From positions 22,775 to 86,774 of the forward strand of contig JAQXEZ010000002.1 in assembly GCA_029250605.1 (NCBI GenBank): 64,000 bases of DNA, given 5' to 3'. The notes beneath the pieces are model-generated. The model was not told the DNA's origin and made no database searches. It saw only the letters and a program-made list of their open reading frames with translations. Positions 10,069 through 19,205 of the stretch are shown piece by piece. Numbering within the stretch: position 1 is the first letter of the stretch; the number at the start of each line of letters is the position of its first letter. A program made the position numbers and the translations under genes. This stretch comes from Candidatus Thalassarchaeaceae archaeon. Lineage in GTDB: Archaea; Thermoplasmatota; Poseidoniia; Poseidoniales; Thalassarchaeaceae.

Positions 10069-10281
10069 ATGGCTAGAACTAGGCTTCAACGCTGCACTAA
10101 ATGCAAGACATTTGGCCTTGGAGCGAAGTGCAAAGAGTGTGGCGGGAAAATGGAGTCAGCGACGGCTCTGAAGTTCTCCCCAGAAGATCCCCAGGGGGCT
10201 AGGCGTAGGAAAAGACAGGATGCGGGTAGCGAGAAATGGGTCAAATCCCTCCCAAGCCCCAGAAAGGGTGATGATTCGTGA
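10069..10281 (+). CDS. nop10: H/ACA ribonucleoprotein complex subunit Nop10
   Basis: N-terminal zinc ribbon C.KC....LG..C.ECGG followed by ...FSPEDP. Conserved position downstream of aIF2alpha. Confidence 0.75.
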   Translation: MARTRLQRCTKCKTFGLGAKCKECGGKMESATALKFSPEDPQGARRRKRQDAGSEKWVKSLPSPRKGDDS

Positions 10282-11042
10282 ATAGGACAAGAGTCCATTG
10301 GCTTGAGGGAGACAGCCTCCCTATGCACGCCATGGTGCTAGAAGCAGTTCCTGGAGTGGGCAACGTGGGAAAAATTATGGTTGACGGACTAATCGATAAG
10401 CACCCCTCAAGAACCATCGGATGGATTCTGCACCCGGACTTCCCTCCTCATGCGACGCTATCTGATGAGGGTTTGATTGGACCACCTAGATTGGATATTA
10501 TTGTGGTTATTCTCCCTAATGGCGAGAACGTTTGTATCATCACGGGAATCATGCAGCCCATGACTGCTCCCGGGCAGTTCGAGATCGCAGAGGCGATTCT
10601 TGGATTGGCAAGTGATTCTGAGGCGAGTCGTGTCCTTGTCCTGGCAGGATTGGCTGCGGAACCAGAATGCCGATCGATTTACGCAGTCTGCTCTGACAAA
10701 GTTTTCCGGAAGAACCTCGAGAAGGAGGACATTGTCGTAAGTAGGGACCAGCCAAAGGGCGGAATGATCGGAGTTGCCGGGATGGTACTATCGTTGTCCA
10801 CAACACTCGGGGTACCGGCCCTCGGAGTCATAGCTGAGACGGTCGGGGCCAGTTCCGATGTCCTCGCAGCGGACAGGATGGCCAATTGGATAGAGCAGGC
10901 CTTCGAGGTCCCACTGGATCTCGATCTTGACACGACTAAGGAGACTGCTGCCAAGCTGATGGAGAAGATTGGGGGCGATGGTTCTATTGAGGACTACCTT
11001 GCAATGGAGGAAACTGAGGCTTCATCTGACTTCTACGTCTGA
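10278..11042 (+). CDS. PAC2-family (proteasome assembly chaperone / COG1938-like) protein
   Basis: The Gly-rich N-terminus (EAVPGVGNVGKI) and size match the PAC2/COG1938 proteins that occupy this position in the archaeal L44e-S27e-aIF2alpha-Nop10 superoperon. Overlaps nop10 by 4 nt. Confidence 0.5.
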   Translation: MNRTRVHWLEGDSLPMHAMVLEAVPGVGNVGKIMVDGLIDKHPSRTIGWILHPDFPPHATLSDEGLIGPPRLDIIVVILPNGENVCIITGIMQPMTAPGQFEIAEAILGLASDSEASRVLVLAGLAAEPECRSIYAVCSDKVFRKNLEKEDIVVSRDQPKGGMIGVAGMVLSLSTTLGVPALGVIAETVGASSDVLAADRMANWIEQAFEVPLDLDLDTTKETAAKLMEKIGGDGSIEDYLAMEETEASSDFYV

Positions 11043-11047
11043 TCTAC

Positions 11048-12310
11048 TTACCTTCTTCGCCTTCTCTTGCTGTTCCCTCGCCCTCCGGATGAGGATTCCT
11101 CGACGGAAATTCGCCTGCCCTTGAATTCCGACTTGTTCATCGCCTTGATAGCGTCCTTGGCTTCCTTCTTGTCAGCGAATGTGATGAATGCGAATCCCCT
11201 CGGCTTCTTGGTTTCCTTATCCATTGCCATATGGACGTCGTTCAGTTTTCCATGTACGGAGAAGGCCTCCCTTAGATCGTCTTCCGTGGCATCGTAAGAC
11301 ACGCCGCCGATGAACAGTTTTACTCCAAACTCCTTCTGTGCCTTGCCTCTGGCTTTCTTCATGACCTCCCTTTCCTTAGCGAGATCGTCCTTGCTAGCCT
11401 TTCCAGACTCCACTCTGTCCATGCAGTCGCGGCATCTGAGGGGTTTTCCAGGAGTTGGTTTGAATGGGACCTTCGTCTGTGTTCCACAAAGGGTGCACTT
11501 TGCAGGGTGCATCTCCCTCTGTGGCCGCCCACCACCCCTGCCTCCTCTGGAAGATGGTGATCTCTTGGCTGATTCTGGAATCTCGTGAGACCATCCCCTC
11601 CTATGATCGGCTACTGGGGACAAGTATGGCCTTGCTCCGTCATGGCCCAACATGGACTCTGCTTCGCTGGACCAGCGCTCACCGGGGCGGTTTAACTTCT
11701 GGATATCTGAACCAGAGGGGATTTCGAAACCGTGTCCGAAGCCATTCGAGAGGGCCCTGAAGCCCCTGTAGTCGCAGCGAGGGCACTCGACGTTGAAGTC
11801 GGGGGTGATTTCACTTGGAAGCAAATCCTCCCCACAAGGCGGGCAAGCTGCGTAAAGAACACCCAATTTGGAATCCCCCTTTGTCGTGGCCTTCAGCATC
11901 GGCTCGACATTGATGATCTTGGCGCGAACGATGTCGCGCTTCCTCATCGTATCGCCCGCCGATGGGATGAAACGGTCCACTATTTCGGAGACGAAGACGT
12001 CTGCGAATAGCTTCAGAGCCGGGACGGCTCTGTGCCCGCCCTCGTTGGTCTCAATGTGTAAAACGCGGAGTTCTGCGGTCTTCTCGTTGAGGCGGTTCAC
12101 CTCTCCAATAATGACATCACCAATCTTTGGAGAATTTATCGGAGGTGCTGATGAATCTACAGAAATAACTCCAGAGTTGCTCACGATGTTACCAGAGAGT
12201 ACAGCCACGGGACCCCTATCAGTCATATGGAGGCCATGGCCCAATTCTTCTCCTGGACCAACCTCAACAGAAAATCCAGGGGTTACTTGGTCACCGACCG
12301 ATGCTGTCAT
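11048..12310 (-). CDS. csl4: exosome complex RNA-binding protein Csl4 fused to RGG box, zinc ribbon and C-terminal RRM domain
   Basis: The N-terminal ~185 aa has an S1 domain and the Csl4 Zn ribbon (CPPCG...CPRC). It is followed by an RGG linker (SSRGGRGGGRPQ) and a second Zn ribbon (CTLCG...CRDC). The C-terminus is an RRM with RNP2 (KLFIGGV) and RNP1 (RGFAFITF). The adjacent NPPW methyltransferase matches the known Csl4 neighbourhood. Confidence 0.7.
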   Translation of the reverse strand: MTASVGDQVTPGFSVEVGPGEELGHGLHMTDRGPVAVLSGNIVSNSGVISVDSSAPPINSPKIGDVIIGEVNRLNEKTAELRVLHIETNEGGHRAVPALKLFADVFVSEIVDRFIPSAGDTMRKRDIVRAKIINVEPMLKATTKGDSKLGVLYAACPPCGEDLLPSEITPDFNVECPRCDYRGFRALSNGFGHGFEIPSGSDIQKLNRPGERWSSEAESMLGHDGARPYLSPVADHRRGWSHEIPESAKRSPSSRGGRGGGRPQREMHPAKCTLCGTQTKVPFKPTPGKPLRCRDCMDRVESGKASKDDLAKEREVMKKARGKAQKEFGVKLFIGGVSYDATEDDLREAFSVHGKLNDVHMAMDKETKKPRGFAFITFADKKEAKDAIKAMNKSEFKGRRISVEESSSGGRGNSKRRRRR

Positions 12311-12363
12311 CGGCTCGCCGAACCGAAGACCCCCTATGAACGGTACGGCAAATATTGGTTACA

Positions 12364-13011
12364 CTATTGTGGAGTTAATCGCCAGAAAGCTGCTCTAGTC
12401 TTACCTCTCTGTCTGCTGTGGTGAGAGTATGCCGCGGGAAGGGAGAAATCAGCCTCTCCATACCTCTCTACGAACCATCCGTGCTCCTCGAACAGTGGCT
12501 CTATGTGGCTCGCCTCGGCACTGTGCATCAAATGCGAGGATGCTCTAGTAGATAGGATGGCATCTAGAAAGGGGCGATCGGCCTTTGGAGACTGCCTACC
12601 CCAAGGTGGGTTGCTGATTACGACGTCAGGCGAATCTAGTTCGATAGAGTCTGTACCGATAGTAGCTTGGATTACTTCGACGGAGTCGGAAAATCCCATC
12701 TTTTCAGCATTGGACTGTGCTGTATAGCAGGCATTTTGGTCGGTATCAATCAGAACTGTTCTTCCAGCACCCAGAGCCATGGCGCCCAATCCTAGTACCC
12801 CATTTCCTGCCCCTAGGTCGACAACTGTACACCCCTCATGTAAATCGCCAAAGGTGGAAATATCAGTGAGCCAACGAGCGGCCAAGTCGCCATCAGTGGA
12901 GTATTGCTCGAGTTCGACTGATTGGGATTGGGTTTGCTCGAGTCCAGAAAGTAACATCGCCAGTCTTCTGACTCGCATGCTTACCGAAAGTCCACCTCGC
13001 CTAAGAACCAA
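12364..13011 (-). CDS. METTL5-like RNA N6-adenine methyltransferase (COG2263 predicted RNA methylase)
   Basis: SAM-binding motif VVDLGAGNGVLG, catalytic VISNPPWG (NPPW) motif, and the conserved neighbour of Csl4 in archaeal exosome superoperons. Confidence 0.7.
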   Translation of the reverse strand: MVLRRGGLSVSMRVRRLAMLLSGLEQTQSQSVELEQYSTDGDLAARWLTDISTFGDLHEGCTVVDLGAGNGVLGLGAMALGAGRTVLIDTDQNACYTAQSNAEKMGFSDSVEVIQATIGTDSIELDSPDVVISNPPWGRQSPKADRPFLDAILSTRASSHLMHSAEASHIEPLFEEHGWFVERYGEADFSLPAAYSHHSRQRGKTRAAFWRLTPQ

Positions 13012-13082
13012 TTCAGAGTGTCGATTTCACAAAATTCTATGCAGAGTTCAAGTACTCTCGACTCCGATACTATGTCGAGCCG

Positions 13083-14126
13083 ATGTCCGATATGCTGTCC
13101 TATGGTCTTCTAGCCATCGTTATTGGACTTGCAATACTATTGATCTATGCACTTTCTCTACTAAAATCGATACAGCAGGAGTCCAATCTAATTCGAGAAC
13201 AGTCAGTAATGCAAAAGGATGCCATGGGGAGATTGGAAAACAAAGAAATCGACCCAAACGCAATTACTGCAGGGATTGCTGGTAGTGGAGATATACTGAA
13301 GGGTGCAGTTTTGAATTCACTAAGAGAGATAAATTTCTCTAGAGACATAGAAGGAATTCGTGCCTCTGCAAAACGAATAGGCGAAGAAGTTGCTGACATC
13401 AACAAGATTTTTCTCGATAAGCAGGAGGCTGGTGGTTGGGCAGAAATAGAGCTTGAGGCAAGATTGAAGGATACTTTCAGGAATGTTCAGATTCGAAAAA
13501 AGGTTGCTAAGTTGGACGGTGTAGAGCCCGATGCTCATTTGGTATTGACTGGGGGAAAGATTCTCTGTATTGATTCCAAGTTCCCTGTAAAATCATTCAA
13601 GGCCACCATCCCAATTTCAGAAGGGGGCCTGGGGGAAGAAGATGGTCGGAAGCGAGTCGGATCACGTAAGGAGTTCATTGAAGCAATCACGAAGCATTTT
13701 GCCAAAGTTGAGAAAGCTTATGTCCGACCAGATTTGGGCTCAACTGAGGTCGCATACCTGTATGTTGCATCTGAGAGGATCTACCACCACATGGTGAACC
13801 CTGACAATCCAGAAGAATGTGAAATTGTTCGAGATGCAGCAAACAAAGGTGTTATTCTATGCTCGCCTTCGACTCTAATCGCAAATATGCACCTCGTGAG
13901 GGTTGCAGAGCGTGCCATGGGAATTGCTGGAGAAAGCGACAAGATTCTAAGAGGGCATGATAATCTACGTCGTTCAATTGCAGAACTAGTTAATGCTTGG
14001 AATATAATGAGTGGGCATGTTAATAATACCCAAACAAACCGCTTAAAAGTCCAAAACTTCCTGGATGAAGTCGAGCGTTCAATGGAGAATTTGGATCGTC
14101 TTGACTTAGGTGGAGATGAAGACTGA
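13083..14126 (+). CDS. rmuC: DNA recombination protein RmuC homologue
   Basis: N-terminal TM helix, a long coiled-coil, and a C-terminal PD-(D/E)xK-like core (PDAHLVLTGGKILCIDSKFP) typical of the RmuC family. Confidence 0.6.
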   Translation: MSDMLSYGLLAIVIGLAILLIYALSLLKSIQQESNLIREQSVMQKDAMGRLENKEIDPNAITAGIAGSGDILKGAVLNSLREINFSRDIEGIRASAKRIGEEVADINKIFLDKQEAGGWAEIELEARLKDTFRNVQIRKKVAKLDGVEPDAHLVLTGGKILCIDSKFPVKSFKATIPISEGGLGEEDGRKRVGSRKEFIEAITKHFAKVEKAYVRPDLGSTEVAYLYVASERIYHHMVNPDNPEECEIVRDAANKGVILCSPSTLIANMHLVRVAERAMGIAGESDKILRGHDNLRRSIAELVNAWNIMSGHVNNTQTNRLKVQNFLDEVERSMENLDRLDLGGDED

Positions 14127-14726
14127 GTGCCTACTCGGCAATCCATGATCGATTGGGACTCAAACGAGTTTCTCCCAGTCGTCGATATGCCGGAGGAATA
14201 CACGGTCCTAGACCTCAGTCGGGGAGTCTGGAGTCAGCCTGATACTCCTTTCAGCGTCGGCAAGTACGACGAGTTTAGGCCCAACCTGTACAATACTGAT
14301 CTCTTTGGGGGAGAGAGGAACGTGCACATTGGGATTGACATCGGAGGGCCAGTTGGAACTCCGTGCATGGCATTCATGGACGGGGTTATTTCGCAGTTCG
14401 GTTACAACCCAGAACCCGGAGATTATGGTAACGTCATCATAACCAAGCACGAGATTAGCGGTATTCCAGTATGGGCCTTGTACGGGCACCTAAATGCGGC
14501 ATCGATAGAAGGGAAGAGCGTTGGAAATAGGGTCGATGCGGGAGAAGTGATTGCATGGTTCGGGGCATTCGAAGAGAATGGCGGGTGGGAGCCTCATCTG
14601 CACTTCCAACTATCTCTGATTGAGCCGGAGACTCATGACATGCCAGGAGTTGTGGCACCAGAGGATAGGGGTCAGGCCCTCAAGGACTATCCCGACCCAA
14701 GGCTTGTATTGGGACCAATCTACTAA
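14127..14726 (+). CDS. M23 family (LytM-like) zinc metallopeptidase, no signal peptide
   Basis: HxxxD (HIGIDIG) and HxH (HLHF) zinc-ligand motifs in M23 order. The start codon abuts the rmuC stop. Confidence 0.7.
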   Translation: MPTRQSMIDWDSNEFLPVVDMPEEYTVLDLSRGVWSQPDTPFSVGKYDEFRPNLYNTDLFGGERNVHIGIDIGGPVGTPCMAFMDGVISQFGYNPEPGDYGNVIITKHEISGIPVWALYGHLNAASIEGKSVGNRVDAGEVIAWFGAFEENGGWEPHLHFQLSLIEPETHDMPGVVAPEDRGQALKDYPDPRLVLGPIY

Positions 14727-15802
14727 ATTGATGTTAGATGCGCCTTCAATGACTCTATCGCAGGCATTGCAGACGGGTCCTCACCAGTGAGAACTGCTAG
14801 ACCTATTGACACCCAATCTGTAACGTGAGCAGCATATAGCAGCCTCTCCAGCAAGCTTTCCCCTTCGCACTCAATGACCCACGAGGGCGAGGATTCAATC
14901 TCTTCGAGCAGCCACTCCATTCTTGCACTTGTCCTCGGATGCAAATCTTCGCATGAGAATAGCAATAATGCACGATTTGACGCGGACTTTCCGGTCCATG
15001 CCACAATCTCGTTGTGATTCATCTCAGGAACTTCTGTGGCACCTGCGAACATCGCCGAATTCTCATTCAACTGGCAGGAGAAACGGTATGCTGCGGGTCC
15101 TAGGCAAGTTGGGGCGACGATCCCAATTTCACTCCCAACTATGGATCGTGACAGTGTAGCGGCCATCCCAGAGTTGGAGGACAAGTCCGAATCTGCGGAT
15201 ACTTGAGAGAGTCTGCCAAGAATATCGGATATCTCTTCTGGGCTTGGCCTTTGGAGAATCCCGAGTTCCCAGCACGCCGACAATTGGGTGCCGAAGATGT
15301 GCCCAAATGCCGAACGGGGCATTTGTCCGGGAGGGACATTTAGACACACTGAATCGTCGGAATCCGAGAGAATATCCTCTAATTCACCACCAGAGCATAT
15401 TCCGACAACGGTCCCGCCTGCTGATATTACCTCTCTGACGCCATCCAGCGTCTCCTCCGTGTTACCGGAATAAGAGGTCGCCATAACAAGCCACTCTGGA
15501 CCCCACCAACTAGGCACGCCATAGTCAGTCCAGACTACGAATGGCAGCCCTCCAGAATCATCTGAGAGGGCCTTCAAGAAAAGCCCGCCTGCCCCTGAAC
15601 CCCCCATTCCCAGGCAGAGGACTCCGTTCCAGTCGGAGTCTTCTACCATACCTAGGCCAGTGGACATCGAGGCCTGGAGATCATCTACGAACTTCCTAGT
15701 GAATCCTGCCATGTCCCGAGGGTCTAGTTCGGAAAGCAATTCTTCGAAATCGGGCTCGCTCATTTCCCCCCTCCTTTGCCGGAGACTGGCAGTGCCACCC
15801 AT
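14723..15802 (-). CDS. bifunctional phosphoglucose/phosphomannose isomerase (SIS domain)
   Basis: Two SIS-like halves (GMGGSGAGG...; SYSGNTEET) typical of archaeal PGI/PMI. The real start is probably an internal Met (MSEPDF). Confidence 0.7.
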   Translation of the reverse strand: MGGTASLRQRRGEMSEPDFEELLSELDPRDMAGFTRKFVDDLQASMSTGLGMVEDSDWNGVLCLGMGGSGAGGLFLKALSDDSGGLPFVVWTDYGVPSWWGPEWLVMATSYSGNTEETLDGVREVISAGGTVVGICSGGELEDILSDSDDSVCLNVPPGQMPRSAFGHIFGTQLSACWELGILQRPSPEEISDILGRLSQVSADSDLSSNSGMAATLSRSIVGSEIGIVAPTCLGPAAYRFSCQLNENSAMFAGATEVPEMNHNEIVAWTGKSASNRALLLFSCEDLHPRTSARMEWLLEEIESSPSWVIECEGESLLERLLYAAHVTDWVSIGLAVLTGEDPSAMPAIESLKAHLTSI

Positions 15803-16881
15803 CTCCCATCTATGAAGCCGATGCGCAATTCAACCGCCTCACCGTCATCGTCGTATGGGAGTCCAACGGTTGAAACCTTGTAGTCAGAAGGATCCATGAA
15901 TTCAGCAGCAGAACTGTCGCGATTGAGGACCTGGACGGTGCTCTGTTCGGCAAGCGCGCACACAACACTGGAAGACTCCATGTCTCTCCACGTCGCCCCG
16001 GACCTCTCAAATCGATCCACCTTCCTTAGAATTGGACCGTCCTTCTGCCAACTATCAACTATCCAAAGTGATTTCTTGAATCTGACCACGTCCCCGATAG
16101 AGTAAGCGGGCTTCCTGTAGCTGAGAGTTAGCCTCGTAACCTCGACCCCCTCATTGACCCCTACAACTGTTGAGCTCTCCTTGACGGATCCGCCGAACGA
16201 TCTGGTTAGTTTCCTCCCCCATGTTCTTGCAAGGCTCTTGGAGCCCAATTGGAGATCCCATCCACCTGTAACTGGACCTTCCTTTGAGACGAAGAACATG
16301 GGATTTGGCTCCATCGACTGGAGTAACTCGTCCAAGGTCGATCTGAGACTGGTTAGTTCTTCTTCGTTGAGTTTTCTCCCTGCTGACCTTAGTTGGACTG
16401 TTGCCTCGAAGTAGTCTCCATCCTTCCTCGTACAAGGAGTGCAGACCGCGTTGCTAGTCTGTAGCAGGGGCGAATGGGTGTCATGGAATTCGTAACCATC
16501 AATGGTTCCGGAGATCTCGACATACAACCTGTTTGTTCTCTGGTCTATTTCCTGGACTGAGAAGTCCACTGCAACCTTCTTGGCCCTCTCCTCAAGTACT
16601 AGGTTCTCCCTGATCCTAAGATCTGCTATTCCGTCTCTGTCCATAATGGACCAACCGCCCCTTATTTCGAATGACTCGCACTTTGCGCAGCGCCTCTGCT
16701 GAATTGTTTCTGGCATCTTCGAGAGGGTCGTCCTCTTCCTGAGGCAGGACTCGCATAGCCTGTCTGTGGATAATGGGGGATCCGCGCCGCAAGTGATGCA
16801 AAAGGCCCCTCCAGACATACGATTACCAGTGCTCCGCCCAGTCCGCCCCGTTAGAAGGCTTCCGAGAGCATCTGGAGTCAT
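15760..16881 (-). CDS. nmd3: NMD3-family 60S ribosomal subunit export/assembly protein homologue
   Basis: N-terminal Cys4 clusters (FCITCG...CESC; RCAKCESF) followed by NMD3 OB-like domains. The probable true start is MSGGAFCITCG. Confidence 0.7.
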   Translation of the reverse strand: MTPDALGSLLTGRTGRSTGNRMSGGAFCITCGADPPLSTDRLCESCLRKRTTLSKMPETIQQRRCAKCESFEIRGGWSIMDRDGIADLRIRENLVLEERAKKVAVDFSVQEIDQRTNRLYVEISGTIDGYEFHDTHSPLLQTSNAVCTPCTRKDGDYFEATVQLRSAGRKLNEEELTSLRSTLDELLQSMEPNPMFFVSKEGPVTGGWDLQLGSKSLARTWGRKLTRSFGGSVKESSTVVGVNEGVEVTRLTLSYRKPAYSIGDVVRFKKSLWIVDSWQKDGPILRKVDRFERSGATWRDMESSSVVCALAEQSTVQVLNRDSSAAEFMDPSDYKVSTVGLPYDDDGEAVELRIGFIDGRWVALPVSGKGGGK

Positions 16882-17014
16882 TCCCCTTCATCTTGGACTG
16901 TTTTCGCTGAGATCTGACTCTTGAGGTGGAAGAGCATTGAAATCCTGCTGAAGGAATAGTACCCGAGAATGGCAGACAACAGTGCATAGGTTACTAGGGC
17001 GGCGATTTCTCCAG

Positions 17015-17800
17015 TCAATTCGCCCCCTCCTTGTCAATCTCCCTGTTCAATGACTCCAACACGGCCCTTAGGTTGTAGATCGAGTAGTTTAGCAAGACCA
17101 AGCCAATGAACAGGACCATGAATGAAATTGCACCGAAGCCCATGACCTGGAGGATCTCCGGATCGACCCCGGTCTCCTCTGACTCCCTAAGAATGACGCC
17201 TGGGTGCCGATTCCTCCAGATTGTTGTTGCAGCAGCGGTAATTGGAACAAGTATGAATCCGAACAAACCAACGGCTGCTAGTGTGTCCCTTGTTTCTTCC
17301 CCATCAGGCTGACTCCTTAGCGACATCACAAGGAACAATGCCACAGAAGTCAGAAGGGCGAATGTGTTCAACCTAACATCCCCCCAATCCCATGGAACGC
17401 CCCATTCAACGGAACCCCAAATAGGACCTGAAATCACCACTCCTAAACCAAAGAGAAGCCCTAGTTCAGAGCCTATTACAACCATGCTCCAGCCTCCCTC
17501 TGAGCGCTTAACATACCATGAAACGGCACCAAGGAATAGTAGGCAGAAGGACAAGAATGAGGACCATGCGAATGGAACATGCCAGTAGAGTATACGATAT
17601 GCCCCAGGTGCATTCCAAGAGTCAGGGTCGACCAAGGGGGCTTGGAAGAAACCGAGGAAGGCCGTGATTGCAGCGCATAACAGCCCCACTAAGGTAATGA
17701 TGACTGCTGAGTCTCTGAAATCACTCACAGGACTGCGAAAAACAACATAGTGATGAATGCTGTTGGTCAGTAATCTGGAATCAACACTGCTGAGAGCCAC
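17015..17800 (-). CDS. ccmC: cytochrome c-type biogenesis protein CcmC-like (heme exporter subunit C)
   Basis: Polytopic membrane protein with the Trp-rich WWD-type motif (WGSVEWGVPWDWGDVRL). Confidence 0.6.
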   Translation of the reverse strand: MALSSVDSRLLTNSIHHYVVFRSPVSDFRDSAVIITLVGLLCAAITAFLGFFQAPLVDPDSWNAPGAYRILYWHVPFAWSSFLSFCLLFLGAVSWYVKRSEGGWSMVVIGSELGLLFGLGVVISGPIWGSVEWGVPWDWGDVRLNTFALLTSVALFLVMSLRSQPDGEETRDTLAAVGLFGFILVPITAAATTIWRNRHPGVILRESEETGVDPEILQVMGFGAISFMVLFIGLVLLNYSIYNLRAVLESLNREIDKEGAN

Positions 17801-19200
17801 ACTAGGGCGGATAGGAGACTAGCAACGATACAAGTAATCAATGGATCGTGTATGGAGAGGCCCCACGTCATCCCATTATCAATGATAGAAGAAAGGGCAT
17901 CTGTCAACTCCAGGAAGGGCCAGACCATTACTACCAGCAGGAGCGGAGCAGGGGCAGCTGAAGACCTAGAAAGATCGGAAACCAATAGATGTAGGGCAGT
18001 GGATGCAATCGCCAAGTCCATCATGGCCAAGGCGGGCATCCACAACCACGTCAGCACCTCGGAGGAGACTTGGTCGTCAACGGAACCGGAAAGAACGAGC
18101 CAAGAAAGGTATGTTACTGGGATGGGCAGTAGAATCGATGCTCCGGAAATTGAGAATGCAGGTCGTGCCATCGGCCCCGATACAGCATCCCACCAGCGAC
18201 CGCAATCAGACTCAGAAAGTCTGGATACCAGTGCTGGTGATGAGATAGATGCGATAAAAGCCGGAGCGAGTACCAAAGCGGCTAGAAGTCGGCTATCATG
18301 CGACTGGAGGTCGTAATCCATCATCAAGGCGTAGGAGAGAAGAATGGCAACGATTGCCGGAGTTGCCCTCCCGACCGTTTCTATAGGATTCCGGAGCTCC
18401 ATTCTAATCGACCAACGAATTAGAGACGAGATCGCGCGTTGCTCGCTTGATTGGATTGGTTCGGGCAAATGAGAGGGTTCTCCTGATGATTCCCCCGCAG
18501 ATTCACTCAGAATCCTGTCTTCGATTGTTAGTATTCTATCTGCACATGACGAGAGGTCTTTGTCATGAGTCGCCACCAATATCCCATGGTTCCGGGAAGA
18601 TAGGGCCCTAATCCATCCCTTCAGTGTCTCCTTTGCGGAGTCGTCTAGACCTTCGGATGGTTCGTCTAGAAGGACTACTCTGGGAGTCTCGCTGAGTACT
18701 GCAGGGGCCAAACCGCACAATATGGATAGGCGACGCCTGAGCCCTCCGGAAAGGTTTGCGACGCGTTCTTCGGACCTATGGCGGAGACCCCAATGCCCCA
18801 ATAGATCCGCTATTTGCTCTTCATGAGAGTGAATTCCTGCGACAGAAAGGGATACTGCCAGCCGCTCTGAAACGGTCTCTTCTCCTGAGATTCCGCCCTT
18901 CTGAAGAGTCAGCCCCATAGGGGGAGGAGGGTTTCTGCGACCATCTGAGTCTCTAACCAATATCGATTCCCCCCTCTCGTGCCAGATTACTTCACCGGAC
19001 CTCAATGGCAAGATTCCAGCGAACGCCTCGATCAGGGTTGTCTTTCCGGACCCATTGTCCCCCATCACTGAAACTACTTCTCCGGCTCCTAGGTTGACAG
19101 ATGCCCCCTCCAGAACCTTGGATGGGCCTCTGTGTACTTCTATCCCCTTTACTTGGGCTAATGGGGATATGGGCATATTGGGTCGGTAGAGGACTGTCAT
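17767..19200 (-). CDS. ccmAB: heme-exporter ABC protein, CcmA ATPase fused to CcmB-like permease
   Basis: N-terminal Walker A (GDNGSGKTTL), ABC signature (LSGGLRRRL) and Walker B (LLDEPSEGLD). The C-terminal half has six predicted TM segments. Overlaps ccmC. Confidence 0.6.
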   Translation of the reverse strand: MTVLYRPNMPISPLAQVKGIEVHRGPSKVLEGASVNLGAGEVVSVMGDNGSGKTTLIEAFAGILPLRSGEVIWHERGESILVRDSDGRRNPPPPMGLTLQKGGISGEETVSERLAVSLSVAGIHSHEEQIADLLGHWGLRHRSEERVANLSGGLRRRLSILCGLAPAVLSETPRVVLLDEPSEGLDDSAKETLKGWIRALSSRNHGILVATHDKDLSSCADRILTIEDRILSESAGESSGEPSHLPEPIQSSEQRAISSLIRWSIRMELRNPIETVGRATPAIVAILLSYALMMDYDLQSHDSRLLAALVLAPAFIASISSPALVSRLSESDCGRWWDAVSGPMARPAFSISGASILLPIPVTYLSWLVLSGSVDDQVSSEVLTWLWMPALAMMDLAIASTALHLLVSDLSRSSAAPAPLLLVVMVWPFLELTDALSSIIDNGMTWGLSIHDPLITCIVASLLSALVWLSAVLIPDY

Positions 19201-19205
19201 ATTGA

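Noticed and set aside
12227-12424. 65-aa ORF bridging csl4 and the methyltransferase
   Set aside because: It overlaps both real genes, and the short Csl4-methyltransferase intergenic gap is typical. It is spurious.
15760-15802. 43-nt overlap between the NMD3 and PGI/PMI ORFs
   Set aside because: Both ORFs have plausible internal Met starts (MSGGAFCITCG at about 16818; MSEPDFEEL at about 15763) that remove or shrink the overlap. It is likely a start-codon choice artefact.
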